From positions 108,006,001 to 108,070,000 of the forward strand of contig NC_058368.1 of the NCBI RefSeq assembly GCF_018350175.1: 64,000 nt of DNA. The letters are read 5' to 3'. Below the pieces are notes generated by a model that was not told the DNA's origin, searched no databases, and worked only from the letters and a program-made list of their open reading frames with translations. The translations under genes and the position numbers were made by a program. Each line of letters starts with the position of its first letter. The stretch's first letter is position 1. Shown here piece after piece: positions 1-14,019 of the stretch. This stretch comes from Felis catus (taxonomy: Eukaryota).

Positions 1-612
1 TTTGACATTTTTCTAATGTGCATTAACTCATGCATTTCTTATATAATCTCTGATGTGGCCAAATAGATTATCCCAGGAGCAGAGTCCCATGCACCTCAAG
101 AAGAATACACAAAAGGACTCACCCTAACTATAAATGAGTAGTTTATTCAACCCTCTAGATTTTTCATGTTTTTAATGATATTCATTAACTCAAGTTAATT
201 TTCATTTTGTCGAATTTCATGCAGTTAAAAAAAATGAAATAAAACATGGAGGAAAATGGGGCATTTGAGGGGGTGCAGTGTAAGAGTATGTAGAGGTATG
301 GATAAGGCCAGGAGCATCTCTCAAGAATTACCTCCCTCAATTTTTTTTCTGCTTTACCCAGCTGCTACTCTTCACTTAAGAACCCATAGATTAGCTAGAT
401 TCCAATTCTATCAGAGGTGATAACGTTCTTATAACCAAAGTAGAGGGTGTGTGCTTGTGCACACACATCTTCATAAAACATTTATAAAATAATTAGAATC
501 AATACTTTCCTCCAAAAGTTAAGGTAATAAATTTTAGAGCCACCTGAAAAGGAAAAACACATCCTATCCTTAACCCAGCTCTATTCACCATTCAGCTAAG
601 CAAGTTTTCATA

Positions 613-1106
613 TGTTAAAGGAAAAGCAAATATGCAGTGACCTTTTCAAGATGGTAAGGGAACTTATTCAAAGGGAGCCGCTACAATGAAGTTTTGTAGG
701 TGGGGAGAGAAATCAGGCTCAACTCCAAATATGGCAGGGAAAAGTGGAAATTTATTGCCAATAAACCAGGTTGGAGTGGGAGAAAGTGGGCTTGGTGAAT
801 GGAGTGTCATTAAGAGGAAACATCAAGGGTAAGAGAAGATTGTGGCTAAGCCCATCCAACAGGATTCTTGCTAAAAGCAGACCAGAGTGATCAGACACTG
901 GAGAATCATGGGGAATGAGGAACCCACTCAGATATTGAAGGTGATCAGATATGGAAGGTGGGAGGTTCTGGTTAAACCAACTTGACAGGATTCTTGTTAA
1001 AATGTGGCAAAGCAGAGAAAGACACAGAAGTTCAAGTCGAGACCAGTTGAGAAAAAAAGTTCCAATGAGCCTGACTAAAGTGTGGTCAAGGGGAGACTCT
1101 TTGTCA
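613..1106 (-). mobile_element. ERV1-class solo LTR (MER31-like)
   Basis: TG...CA termini with a 4-bp TSD CATA (609-612 and 1107-1110). The minus strand begins TGACAAAGAGTCTCCCCTTGACCACACTTTAGTCAGGCTC, resembling MER31-type LTRs. Confidence 0.75.
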
Positions 1107-2585
1107 CATATAATCTGAAGAGAGAGTGAGATTCCTAAAATCCTTGCATTCCATGATAAACCAAGAATAATTGGCACACCCTGGTTTCCTTTACCAAAAC
1201 ACAGACACATCTTTTTTTTTAATCAAACCTGAGCTAAATGCCATCTAATTAGAGTTGTTGACTGTCATATACACTGAGTTATAACCATAGTTCTCTTAAC
1301 TTAGTGAGTCATTGCTTCTGAAAACTGGACTCACTTGCAAACAGTGCAAGGAAAAAACAAAAAATAAATAAATAAAAACAACCCTTTACTTATTGCTGAA
1401 ATATGTCTCCAAGGTTTTTATCTAATATACGTAGATGATATTCTTGCATGTAGGACTTCCTGCCCAAGACCTAATCGATGCTTATTGAACAGGAAACTAT
1501 GTCCATTCCCTAAAGAGAAATAACATGTGGCCGACTAAGTGGTAGGAATTTGAGATAAATTTATGACATAAATAAATGGTCATATATCATGGGGTAGTAC
1601 ATGCTGTGTAATCAGCAAAAATAATAGCACAGGAACACAAATCTTGTAATTCTTACTAAATAACTGACAGAAATACCATGTCATAACCAATACCTAAAGG
1701 GAGAAAGAAGTTCCCTAGTGCCAAAACTGGCACGTAGCCCCTGGAGAAGAGATGGAAGAAAGTGAACATGTCCAGCTGGCTGTGTGGACACCCTCCTCTG
1801 AGCCTCTGCAAGTTGGTCTGTGCGGTTTATCTCCCCAGTGTCCTGGGTCACGTAGGCTGGCCATCTAGGCTTGTATGCCTGCCTCCCTCGGGCTTACCCC
1901 TCCTACTTAGTCTCTCAGTTCTACTTCATCAGATGCAGCTACATTTCTCAGCTTCTTCCCTGAAGAGAAACAGAGATTAATTACAATTTCCTATCAGATC
2001 TGTGAATTTTCAAATGTGTCACCTAAATGAAATTTAATGAGTCCCCAAAGTACATGGCTAACGTTTATGAATAGCACTCATCAAAAGTATAATTGTACCA
2101 TGCAAATGGCCCACTACAACTTCTCATTATATGCTACACATGAAAAAATATATATATACTTTTCTGGAAAATTAACAGTGTTCTACAAACCATAATGCAA
2201 TAAGGCCTTCTTTGCTCGACTTTAGTTGTATCTTCATTACTTCCTAAAGCCCATTCTCCCAATTTGCAATCAAAGCAGAAATTCTCCTAATCCCATTAGG
2301 CATTCATGAAAACCAAAGCAGTCCACAAAGCCTCAGGGGATCATCCCCTCCATCCAGAGATTGGCAATTGTCTAGAAGGGGAAAAAAAATCACTGTTGAC
2401 AAGTTAAAAGACTTCTATCCCCCTGGAAATGTCAGGGGATGCAACGTGTGTTTTTATGGCACAGGCATACCCTCTCTTCCAGATAAGGGCTCCAGTAAGC
2501 ATGGAGTCCAGGATTAACAAGGCATAGTCCTATGAAAGGAGACAGGCATTCTGTGTCATACTTCACCGGTGAAAATATCATTGCA

Positions 2586-2794
2586 GGGGCGCCTGGGTGG
2601 CTCAGTCAGGTGAGCATCCAACTTTGGCTCAGGTCATGACCTCATGGTTCGTGAGTTGGAGCCCCACAACAGGCTCTGTGCTGACAGCTCAGAGCCTGGA
2701 GCCTGCTTCGGATTCTGTGTCTTCCTCCCTCTCTCCTCCTCCCCCACTCTCTGTCCCTCTGTCTCCCTAAAAAATAAACATTCATTAAAAAAAA
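2586..2794 (+). mobile_element. Can-SINE (felid SINEC type)
   Basis: GGGGCGCCTGGGTGGCTCAG head, CT-rich tract, A tail, and TSD GAAAATATCATTGCA (2571-2585 and 2795-2809). Confidence 0.92.
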
Positions 2795-3094
2795 GAAAAT
2801 ATCATTGCAAATGGTAGAGATAACATAGGAAAGGATGCTGAGCTGCCAGAAATACTGGCTCCTTCTCCCAAGATTGACCTCAAGTATGTAAAGAAGGAAA
2901 ACTGTGAGAAATTCTTAATGGGGGAAGTACTTTGAACTGGTATGTGTGAGGTATGGTGGCTTTGGCCTAGAATGGGAGGCAGCCCAGCGGGAGAGAATAA
3001 AACAAAATAGGAGAAAATACTGTTTTGTTTTTTTCTCCTCTGCCACTGTCTCAGAACACATTGTGCTCATTCCCACGCTCAAGTGACTATGATC

Positions 3095-4972
3095 CACTGA
3101 TGTGTTAGTTGGTAAAGTGGCTCAAAACCAATTGTTAAGTTTTCAGGAATTTTTCAAGGCAGTTTTAAATACAGCCATTATTAAAAATTAAATTATACAA
3201 ACTAACACATAAGTTATGTTAAAAACACAGCAACCCTCATGTCCACAGTCGCATTATTCTTAATAGCCAAAGGGTAGGCACAACCCAAGTGTCCATCAGC
3301 AGATCATGGATAAAGAAAATGTGGTATATACCCACAATGCAATACTTCAATGCAGCCTTAAAAAGGAAATAAATTTTGAGGCGCCTGGGTGGCTCAGTCG
3401 GTTAAGCGTCCGACTTCGGCTCAGGTCACGATCTCGCGGTCTGTGAGTTCGAGCCCCATGTCGGGCTCTGTGCTGACTGCTCAGAACCTGGAGCCTGTTT
3501 CAGATTCTGTGTCTCCCTCTCTCTCTCTGACCCTCCCTCGTTCATGCTCTGTCTCTCTCTGTCTCAAAAATAAATAAACATTAAAAAAAAAATTAAAAAA
3601 AAAAGAAATAAATTTTAACACATGCCACAACATGAGTGAATCTTAAGGACATTATCCTCAGTGAAAGTAACCAGAGACAAAAAATACTGTATGATTCCAT
3701 TTATATGAGATACCAGGAGTAATCAAATTCATAGACCCTGGGAGTAGAATGGTAGTTGCCAGGGGTTGAGGGTAGGAAGAGTGGGGAGTTATTTAATGGA
3801 CATAGAGTTCCAGTTTTGCAAGGTAAAAATTCTGGAGGTGGTTTCACAATATTGTGAATAAAAAATAGTACTGAGCTGTACACTTAGTTAAGAATAGTTA
3901 AGATAGGGGGCACCTGGGTGGCTCAGTCACTCAGTTTAGGCTCAGGTCATGATCACAGTTAGTGGGTTCCGCACTAAGGGTATGGAGCTTGCTTGGGACT
4001 CTCTCTCCCTCTCCCCCTCCCCTCACTCTCTCACACGTGTGCTCTCTCTCTCTCAAAATAAATAAATAAACACTTAAAAGAAAAGAAAACTGGCATCTAT
4101 TTTCAATAGCTGTGAGGACCAAATTTACACGGAAAGCACATGCTAGGCATAGTTTTCCTCAATAAATGTTAGCTGCTAGGAATTGTACCTAGAGTGAGCA
4201 GAGAAAAACTTCAAAAAAAAAAAGAATAGTTAAGATAGTAAATTTTACGTTATTTGTATTTTACCACAATTAAAAGTAGAATTTAAAAAATCAAAGGCCA
4301 TGAAATCTCAATTGCCTGGGTTTCATAATATAGAATCATTATATAAGATATTACCATTGGTGGAAACTGGGTGATGGGTACACAGAACCTCCTGGTTCTA
4401 TTTTGCAACTTCTTGTGAGTCTGTAATTATTTAAAAATAAAAAGGTGTTTGGGCGCCTGGGTGGCTCAGTCAGTTAAGCGTCTGACTCTTGATTTCCTCT
4501 GGCATCTTGATTCCAGGGTTGTGGGATGGAGCCGGGAGTCAGGCTTTTTGCTAACAGCTTGGAGCCTGCTTGGGATTCTGTCTCTCCCTCTGATTGTCTC
4601 TGTCTCTCTCTGTCTCTCTCTCTCTCTCTCTCAAAACAAATAAATAAAACTTTGAAAAAGAAATTAAATTAAAATTAAAAATTTTTATAGAAGGGATTTT
4701 TTTTTACAATACTCAAAAGTTATCACTTCCTAATTATTTTACTACAATTTGCAATTATCTGTATTCCTGATAATATTTATGTATATTGTACGGTGGAAAT
4801 ATCATATAACATTGTGCTTCTGCACATCTCCTCTCAACTCAATTTTCACTTGGCAGCTTGAAATTGGCCCGGGTGGGAGTATTTATGCCATGCAGATCAG
4901 CCAACACTACGAATCAAGGCTCTGCCCCTAACAAGCTTCAGTCAGTTGTTAAGCCTCTACCAGCAGCCTGGG
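3095..4972 (+). mobile_element. MER63-like hAT DNA transposon (halves at about 3095-3232 and 4708-4972) interrupted by old L1 3' fragments and three Can-SINEs
   Basis: Diagnostic-like segments CAGCCATTATTAAAAATTAAATTAT, ATCACTTCCTAATTATTTTACTAC and GCTTGAAATTGGCC...GGGAGTATTTA. L1 3'-end sequence at about 3235-4440. SINEs at about 3378-3604, 3907-4077 and 4451-4680. Confidence 0.7.
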
Positions 4973-5144
4973 GTCCAGGTGTCCTCAGGTTTAAAATTAG
5001 ATAAATTTTAACCTGAAGTCCTGTGCGTGGGAGGGGAGGAGACCAATAAGGGGACTCACTGACCTTCAGCAGTTGCTTAGAAACCTCTGTCTTGGGTAAG
5101 TTCAGCCAAGGAGTGTCCTCCTTTGCTGCTTCTCCCTAGGAGGC

Positions 5145-5666
5145 TAAGATGGTGATTTTTATTTGTCAACCTGACTGAGCTAAAGGACACCCAGAGAGCT
5201 GATCACACATTATTGCTGGGTGCATCTGTGAGGCTGTTTCAGGAAGAAATTAGCATTTAAATCAGTAGACTGAGTAAAGAAGATCCACCCTGACAAATAT
5301 GGGCGGGTATCATTCAGTCCTTTTTGAGAATTTCCTGTCTTCTCTTTCAGACTTTCTCTCTCATCTGGGGCTAGGACGTCCATCTTCTCCTGCCTTTGGA
5401 TATCAGATGTTGGAACTCCGCTTGGTTCGCCAGCCTTCAGACTCTGGAACCTTCAGACTTGGTTACCAGGCCTTGAACTGAAGTAAATAAACAGCTTTCC
5501 TGGTTTCCAGCTTGCAGAATACAGATCATGGGACTTCTCAGCCTCCATAACCGCAGTGAGCCAATTCCTATAATAAATCTCCTCATCTGTATCTAAATCT
5601 GTATATCTATTTATATCTGTCTGTATTGTGTTGGCTCTATTTCCCTGGAAAATTCCTACAAATACA
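5145..5666 (+). mobile_element. MLT2-type (ERVL) LTR
   Basis: TGTCAACCTGACTGAGCTAAAGG...GGAAGAAATTAGCATTTAAATCAGTAGACTGAGTAAAGAAGAT, an AATAAA, and a ...AAATACA end. Confidence 0.75.
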
Positions 5667-5731
5667 GGGGCAAAGAGGGAACACCTTATCTACAAGGTTG
5701 TTTGAGAAGTGTATGGTGATTAACTTTGGGG

Positions 5732-7340
5732 TTTTTTTTAATTTTTTTAATGTTTGTTTATTTTTAAGAAAGAGAGTATGAGTGGGGGAGGGGCAGAGAG
5801 AGAGGGAGACACAGAATCTGAAGCAGGTTCCAGGCTCTGAGCTGTCAGCACAGAGCCCAATGTGGGGCTTGAACTCACAAGCTGTGAAGTCCGATGCTTA
5901 ATCTACTGAGCCACCGAGGCGCCCCAGTTTGGGTTTTTTTTTTTAATTTAAATATAATTTCAATAAATATTAGTTTCAAGAGTACAACACAGTGGGGTGC
6001 ATTGGCTGGGTCAGTGGAGCATTTAACCTTTGATCTCTGGATCTGAGGTTAGTGAGTTCGAGCCCCATGTTGGGCATGGATCCTACTGAAAAAAAAAAAA
6101 AAACAACATAGTGATCTCACAATTGTATACATTAGGAAATGCTCACCACAATAACTGTTGTTACTATGGTCACCTTACCAAGTTACTACATTATTATTGA
6201 GTGTGTTTCCTATGTGTACTTTTCATTCCCATGACTTCTTTACCTTATAACTGGAAATTTGCACTGCTTAATCCCCTTCACCTCCCCACCCCACCTCTCT
6301 AGCAGCTACCAGTTTATTCTCTGTGTTTATCAGTCTGTTTCTCTTTTTTTGCTGTTTATTCATTTGTTTTTAGATTCCACACATAAATGAAATCATGGTA
6401 TTTGTCTTTCTCTGACTTATTTAGGTCCATCCATGCTGCTGCAAATGGCAAGATTTTTCTTTTTTATACCTAAGTAATACTCCCCTTTATAGATATACCA
6501 CAGCTGCTTTATCTATTCATCTATTGATGGACTACTTAGTTTGATTCCATATTTTGGCTGTTCTATTTAATGTTGCAGTGAACACAGGGGTGCATATGTC
6601 TTTTTGAATTAGTGTTTTCATTTTCTTGGGGTAAATATACAGAAGTAGAATTACTGGATGTTTTGGTAGTTCTATTTTTAATTTTTTGAGGAATCTCCAT
6701 ACTGTTCTTTCATAGTAGCAGTACCAGTTTACATTTCTGCCAATGGTACACAAGGGTCCCCTTTTTTCCACATCCTCATCAACACTTGTTTTTTTCTTGT
6801 CTTTTTGATACTAGCCCTTCTGACCGGTGTGAGGTGATATCTCACTGTGGTTTTGATTTATATTCCCCTCATGGTTAGGAATGTTGAGCATCTTTTCGTG
6901 TGTCTGTTAGCCATCTGTATGTCCTCTTTAGAAAAGTGTCTGTTTGGGTCCTCTGCCATTTTTTAATGAAATTGTTTGCTTTTTTTTTGGTGTTGAGTTT
7001 TAGGAGTTCTTTATGTATTTTGGATGTTAACCCCTTACTGAATATATCATTTGCACACATCTCCCATGCATTAGATTTCCCTTTGATTTTGTTGATGGTT
7101 TCCTTCACTTGGCAAAGGCTTTTTAGTTTGGTGTAGTCCCAGTAGTTTATTTTTGCTTTCATTTCCCTTGCCTCAGGAGACAGATCCAGAAAAATACTGC
7201 TAAGATCAACATCCATGGGTTTACTGCTTATGTTTTCTTCTAGGAGTTTTTATGGTTTCAGGTCTTAATTAGGTTTGAAACTGTTTTGAGTTTATTTTTG
7301 TACATGGTTACATTTTGTGCATTTTTTTTGCATGTAGCTG
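5732..7340 (-). mobile_element. Can-SINE (5732-5925) followed by a 5'-truncated carnivore L1 3' end (about 5940-7340) containing a short old SINE (5993-6103)
   Basis: ORFs 6532-6771 and 6875-7216 translate to L1 ORF2 C-terminal-like peptides ([21 protein letters not shown]). SINE heads are visible. Confidence 0.85.
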
Positions 7341-9839
7341 TGAGTGTGGGTTTTCTTGACAGTCGGTTGGTTTTCTCCAGCTTGGAGCTCTCTGCCCAAG
7401 TATTCTTGTACTCCCCATCTCCCAGGTTCATTGAAGCTGAAGCAGAGTGGGGTCTGGGTTTCCCCCATCTCCTGCTCCTGGGATAGAGACATCTCCTTTC
7501 CTAAATCTGTGGCTATGATAAGGTCTGTGAACACTCTGAACTTTCTAAAATGGGAGAGCCAGGAAAATCCTGACTCTGAACAGATATTATTTCTGAAATT
7601 GTAAAGAAAACATACTCCTTACATGAGAGCCAGCTGAAACCATAACATCATGGTCCATGGCTAAGCACCTAGTCCCTGGCTAAAACCAAATAAAAGAAAT
7701 TTGAGAGGATGAGTTTGGGGTCTGAAAAATTTTTAACTTCAGACTTGCAGCTCAATAGAACAAAAATGTTGATTTTGGATTTTAATTTCTTTGTATAAAA
7801 TTTACAAAAAGATTTTATGTTTAGACTAATTTCTGGGAATTTGATAATGAGAAAAGATTTACATTCACATTCACACATGAAGTTCCATATTTTCAGAGTT
7901 TGTGTTATTATTTAATTACTATATATTAATATGTTAATGCAATCTCATGCAGGACCTCTGATACACTCTGTTGGACAGTGTAACTGTACATAGTTGAGAA
8001 TGCAAAGTGGGGAATTAGTTTCCAGCCTTTGAAATAGAGTATCTTTAGTATTGACTAATAAATGTATTTTCTCACTCATTTCCTGGCCTTCTTGGGTCAA
8101 AATTTAAATTCCCACTAACAGTTCCAGAATGATGCCCAGAGAGAAGTGAATGATTTAGGAGGAGCAGTTTTATGAAGGGGCACTAAACAGTGGTCAACCA
8201 CAGGCTTAGTAACTAAATAAATGGGTTAAAAGAACAAAGAACTGGGGAATGTAGGAATGGAATTCCTTTCTTCTTCTCCTGGCTTCCTTGGGGAGGGCTT
8301 CTTCCTAAGCACATTCTTCCATTTTTTCCATTCCATCCCAAGAGAGTGGAGTGATTTATCTGTTGGGTAAATCTGTGAAGAATAACCCCTAATGGAAATT
8401 CTTACCTCTGCCATTCTTCCTCTTGCAAGCAAGAAACTCATATCCCCTCCTATTCCCCCAGTTCTTTCACCCCTCCTGGATTAAATCTAATTATGGGCTG
8501 AGAATTAGGAAGAACACATGGCTACAGACCTAGGGTCATATCCTCCAGCCACATCTCTACCAATAGTAAGATGTAATCAAAATGTTGGCTTCTATCTTTA
8601 CTCTTGGTTTTATTTTCTCAGTTTGTCCAAAACTCAAGGAAGAGAGGTGGTATTTATTGGGAGTCCTCTTGGAAACTCCAACACAGGGTAATTTATGTTT
8701 TCCAAAGAGAAATGCTAGTCATTACGATTTCACAAGAGTAATAACAAAACCTTTTTTTTTAATTCCATTATAGTTAAAATACAGTGTTATATTAGTTGCA
8801 GGTGTACAATATAGTAATTCAGCATTTCTATACATGCTCATCATGATAATTATACTCTTAAACAAAACCTTTTACAGATTCCTAAACACACCAAATAGCT
8901 GAATCTTAAAGACATAGAATATCTCAATACCAAGAATTAAATCCTCCCTTTAGCAAACACGAGAACTCTCTGATATCTGTCTTTCCCTGACTCATTTATA
9001 GCCATGTTCAATGGAATGTAAGTAGTATAAACTGCAAAATACATGCTGTATGCCATATTTACCATTTATTTCCATCATAAAGAGAATTCATTCCTTTGCT
9101 TTTTACCTAAGAGTAGTTACTAGCAAACAAATAATCAAATGAGGCATTTCCTGAACTCAGAAAGGAAAATCAATGCACTGGTTTTATTATGGCAGACACA
9201 AAACAATTTTTTTACAGCATTAACAAAAATCCAGAGAAACGCCTCTTGAATTAGAACCTAATTTATTTTCTTTAATAACAAAAATGTGCTCCAGGAAACT
9301 TTTTTTAAATGCAGTCTAGCAAAGCTTAATGCTCTCCTGACCCCAGCCTGTACTATGTGGCCAAATATAAGTGTCTAATGTGATATGACAAAAATAAAAT
9401 TTAAAAAGGGTAAACACTTGGTCTCAAGAGTAAGATTCTTACCATTCTTATAGCTAATGAGCCTTAGAGCTCTTTGATTTTCAGGAATTGTTGATGCCAT
9501 TCACAGAAGGATAAATACATCAAAAAAGAGGAAAGAAGAGAAAGAAGAGTGACAAAATATATTTTGTAATATTCCATCAAAGATACCGGGAGGAGGGCAC
9601 CTGGATGGTTCAGTTGGTGGAGGCTGTGACTCAATATCAAGGTTGTACGTTCAAAAAATAAATCTTATTTCTGTTTTGAAGTGACACATTCGGAGAAAGA
9701 ATGAAGCTAAAGGAGAAAAGTATTGTAGACCTCACTTGACATTACATTGGTTCCAAAGTACTTTTAGTCATTGGAAATCATTTATTCTTATTGAAGAATA
9801 AGAATTTTAACTGTCTTCTTTGCAGAAAAAGAAAAGCTA

Positions 9840-12800
9840 GTTCAAAAATTCACGTGGACTTAGAGATCAAAGAAGAAATCTCAAGAAAAATTTTAAAATG
9901 TTTTGAACTCAGTGAAAATATAACGAAACAAGTTTACGATACAGCAAAAACAATGCTTAGAGGAAAATTTATAGCATTGAATGCATGTATTAGAAGAAGA
10001 AGATCTAGGGGTACCTTGGTCGCTCACTCGGTTAAGCATCCGACTTTGGCTTAGGTCATGATCTTGTGGTTCATGGGTTCAAGCCCCGTGTCGGGCTCTG
10101 CACTGACAGCTCAGAGCCTGGAGCCTACTTTGGATTCTGTGTCTCCCTGTCTCTCTGCCCCACCCCCACTTGCCTTCTGTTTCTGTCTCTCTCAAAAATT
10201 GAATAAACATTTAAAAACTTTTTTTTGAAAGAAGAAGATGTAAAATCATTAACGTTTTTTTGTTTGTTTAAATGTTTATTTATTTTGAGAGAGAGAGAAT
10301 CCCAAGCAGTCTCTGTGCGGTCAGCTCAGCCCTATACAGGGCTCATTCCCACAAACTGTGAGATCATGGCCTGAGCCAAAACCAAGAGCTGGAGGCTTTA
10401 TCGACTGAGCCACCCAGGTGCCCCTAAAATTATTAATTTAAGCTTCCACCTAAAACTGGAAAAAGGAGAGCAAATTAAATTCAAAGGAAGCGGAAGAAAT
10501 AATCAAAGTTAAAGAATAATTTAATAAAATTATAAAATTCTCTCTTGAAACCTGAAAACCAATCAAATCATTGAGATGAAAAGCTGATTCTTTAAAAAGG
10601 ATCACTAAAACCAAAAAAGCTTCTAGCCAAGCTAACCAAGAAAAAGAGAAGACACAAGTTGCCATTAGTCACAATGAAAGAGCATACATCGCTACAGACC
10701 CCAGGAATATCAAAAGGATTATAAGGGATACTATCTGTGAACACCTCTCTGCCCACGAATTTGATAACATAGATGGAATGGACCAATTCCTTCAAAGACA
10801 CGATCAGCCACAATTCACACTAGAAGAAATAGGCAATTGGAATAGGTCTACATACATCAAAGTAATTTAATCAGTAGTTAATAACCTTCCAAAACAAAAT
10901 AAATATAACAGGCCCAGGTGGATTTGCTGGTAAATTCTAAACATCTAAGGAAAAAATTTTACCATACTCTACAATCTCCTTCAGAAGACAGAAGCAGAGG
11001 GGATGCTTCCTAACTCATTCTGTGAAGCCAGCATCACCCTAATACAAACACCAGAGCATAAATAAATAAATAAATAAATAAATAAAATTACAGATCAGTA
11101 TCCCTTGTGAATACAGATGCAGAAATCCCCAACAAAATATTAGTAAATTGAATCCACCATTGTATAAAAAGGATTATCTATCATGACTAAGTGGGATTTA
11201 TCCCAGATATGCAAAACTGGTTTGACATTTGAAAATAAATTAATGTAATTGATCACATTAACAGACTAAAAAAGAAAAAAAAACACATAATATTAGTAGA
11301 TGCAGAAAAAAGTATTTGACAAAATCTAGCATTGGTTTATGATAAAAGTTCTCAAGCTAGGAATAGAGGGGGACTTCCTCAACTTGATAAAGAACATCTG
11401 CAAAAACCTACACCTATTTAAATGTGAAAAACTAAACAGTTTTCCTGCTAATATCAAGAACAAGATAAGAATGTCCTCTCACCACTCCTGTCACATACTG
11501 GAAGCCATGTCCAGTGCAGTAAGACAAGGAAAAGAAATAATAGGTATGCATATTGAGAAGGAAGAAATAAAACTATCTTTGTTCATAGACATCATTTTCT
11601 TTGTAGAAATACAGAAGGAATAAACAACAACAAGAAACACTACCAGAACTAATAAGCTTTTAAAGCAAGTTTGCAGGATACAAGGTTAATATACAAAAGC
11701 CAGCCACTTTCCCATAAACCTTCAATGAACAAGTAGAATTCAAAAATTTTTTTAAAATACCATTTATATATTAGCACCCCAAAAAATGAAATACTTAGGT
11801 ATAAATCTAATATGTGTATATATATGTATGTATAATATCTAAATGAGGAAAAGTATAAAATTCTGATGAAGGAATCAACTAAAGAAATGGAGAGACAGTC
11901 CATATTCATTAACAGAAAAACTCAGTATCATCAAGATGTGAGTTCTTTCCAATTTAATCTAAATGCTCACTGCAATCCCAGTCAAAATCCCAACATGCAT
12001 AATGTTTTTACAAAAAGTATTGGCAAAGATGTATCTGATAAAGGAAAAAATAACTTCTAAAACTCAGAAATAAGAAAATATATAATGGATTTAAAAATTG
12101 ACAAGAGACCTGAAAAGAAGATATATATATGGCAAATAAGCATATAAAAAGATGTTCAATATCCTATCTCATTAGGGACTTGCAAATTAAAACAAAAATA
12201 AGATATACCTACACACCCTTTAAAATATCCAAAATCCAAAACCCTGGCAATACCAAATGCTGGTAAAAATGTAGAGCAACAGGAACTCTCAGTCGTTGTT
12301 GATGGGCACGCAAAGTGATATAGCCACTTTGGAAAACAGTTTGGCAGTTTATTAACAACTAAATATATTTTCACTATAAGATCCAGCAATTGTGCTTCTT
12401 GGTATTTATTCACACGAGTTGAAAATTTGTGTACACACACACACACACACACAGACAAACACACAAAACACCTGTGCAGAGGTATTTATAGCGCCTTTAT
12501 TCATAATTGCCAAAAGTTGGAAGCAACCAAGATATTTTTCTATAGGTAAATAAATAAATAAGGTGTTTCATCTAGACAATGGAATATTATTCAGCACTAA
12601 AAAGAAACGAACTATCAAGTCATCAAAAGACATGGAGAAACCCTACAACACATATTACTAAGAGAAAATAAGTCAATCTGTAAACAGATTGACATTCTGG
12701 ACAAGGCAAAACTATGGAGACAATAAAAAGGTCAGTGGTTAGTGGGGAAGGATGGATGAAAAGTCAGAGCACAGAGAATTTTTAGGACAGTGAAAATAAT

Positions 12801-13020
12801 TCTGAATGATACTATAATGATAGATGTCGTTTTACATTTGTTCAGACTGATAGAATGTACAACACCAACAATGTACCCTAAAGTAAGATTATGATGTATT
12901 AATGTAGGTTCACTGATTGTAACATATGTACCATTCTGGTTCAGGATATTGATAGTAGGAGCAGAGATAAATAGAAACTCTTTTTTTGTTCAGTTTTGCT
13001 GTGGAACTAAAATTGTTCTA
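9840..13020 (+). mobile_element. Old degenerate L1 (ORF2 to 3'UTR) with inserted Can-SINEs at about 10008-10228 (+) and 10255-10425 (-)
   Basis: A-rich ORF2-like fragments (LRGKFIALNA; KLGIEGDFLNLIKNI) with many stops, and an L1M-type 3'UTR at about 12500-13020. Confidence 0.85.
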
Positions 13021-13660
13021 AAACATAAAGTCTACTTTTAAAAATCAAGGGGCCCAGAATGGCCAAAACAAAATAGACAAAGAACACTCAAGTGTGAACT
13101 ACACTTCAATCTAAAATACAAAAACAAAAACAAACCAAAAAGCCAAAAAACAAAACAAAACATAACAAAAAAAAACAAAAACACTGGAGGAATCACACCA
13201 ATTTCAAATATTACTACAAAGCTACAGAAATCAAGATAGTCTGATACTGGCATAAGAATAAATAAATCAGTGGAATGGAATTGAGAGCCCAGCAACAAAT
13301 CCTCGCATTTATAGTTAGTTGATTTTTTTAATGAGGATGCCAAGACAATTAAATGGGGAAATAATCTTTTCACCAAATGGTAGTTGGACTAGATAGCCAT
13401 ATGCAAAACAATGAAGTTAGACTTAACATGATATACAGAAACTTATAATGGATTAAAGACCCGAATGTAAGAACTAAATCTAAAAGAAGAAAATGTAGGT
13501 GTAAAATGTTGACCTTGATAAAGCAATGATTTCATAGATAAGACACAAAAAATACAAGTAACACAGGAGAAGTAAATAGGACATTATCAAAATTAAAAAT
13601 TTATGTGTTTCAAAAAAAAAACATGCCATACAAAACAAACTTTAAAACAAAGACCATACC

Positions 13661-14019
13661 CCATTTACAACTACGTGGATGGAACTGGAGGATATTATGC
13701 TAAGGAAAATTAGAGAAAGACAAATATCATATGACTTCACTCCTATGAGGAATTTACGATACAAAACAGATGAACATAAGGGAAAGGAAGCAAAAGTAAT
13801 ATAAAAACAGGGAGGAGGACAAAACATAAAAGACTCTTAAATATAAAGAACAAACAGAGTGTTGCTGGAGGGGCTGTGGGAGGGGGGATGGGCTAAATGG
13901 GTAAGGGGCATTAAGGAATCTACTCCTGAAATCATTCTTGTACCATATGCTAACTAACTTGGATGTAAGTTAATAAATAAATTAAAGAGTAAAAAAAAAA
14001 CAAAAAAACAAAAATAAAA
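13661..14019 (+). mobile_element. Short 5'-truncated younger L1 3' end
   Basis: L1 3'UTR with G-rich tract and A tail. Perfect TSD TAAAACAAAGACCATACC at 13643-13660 and 14020-14037. Confidence 0.88.

Noticed and set aside
752..1210. 152-aa minus-strand ORF
   Set aside because: Lies mostly within a solo LTR and has no recognisable domain.
5993..6103. tRNA-like sequences (also about 9595-9660, about 18348-18430 and all SINE heads)
   Set aside because: They are tRNA-derived SINEs with A tails and TSDs, not intact cloverleaf tRNA genes.
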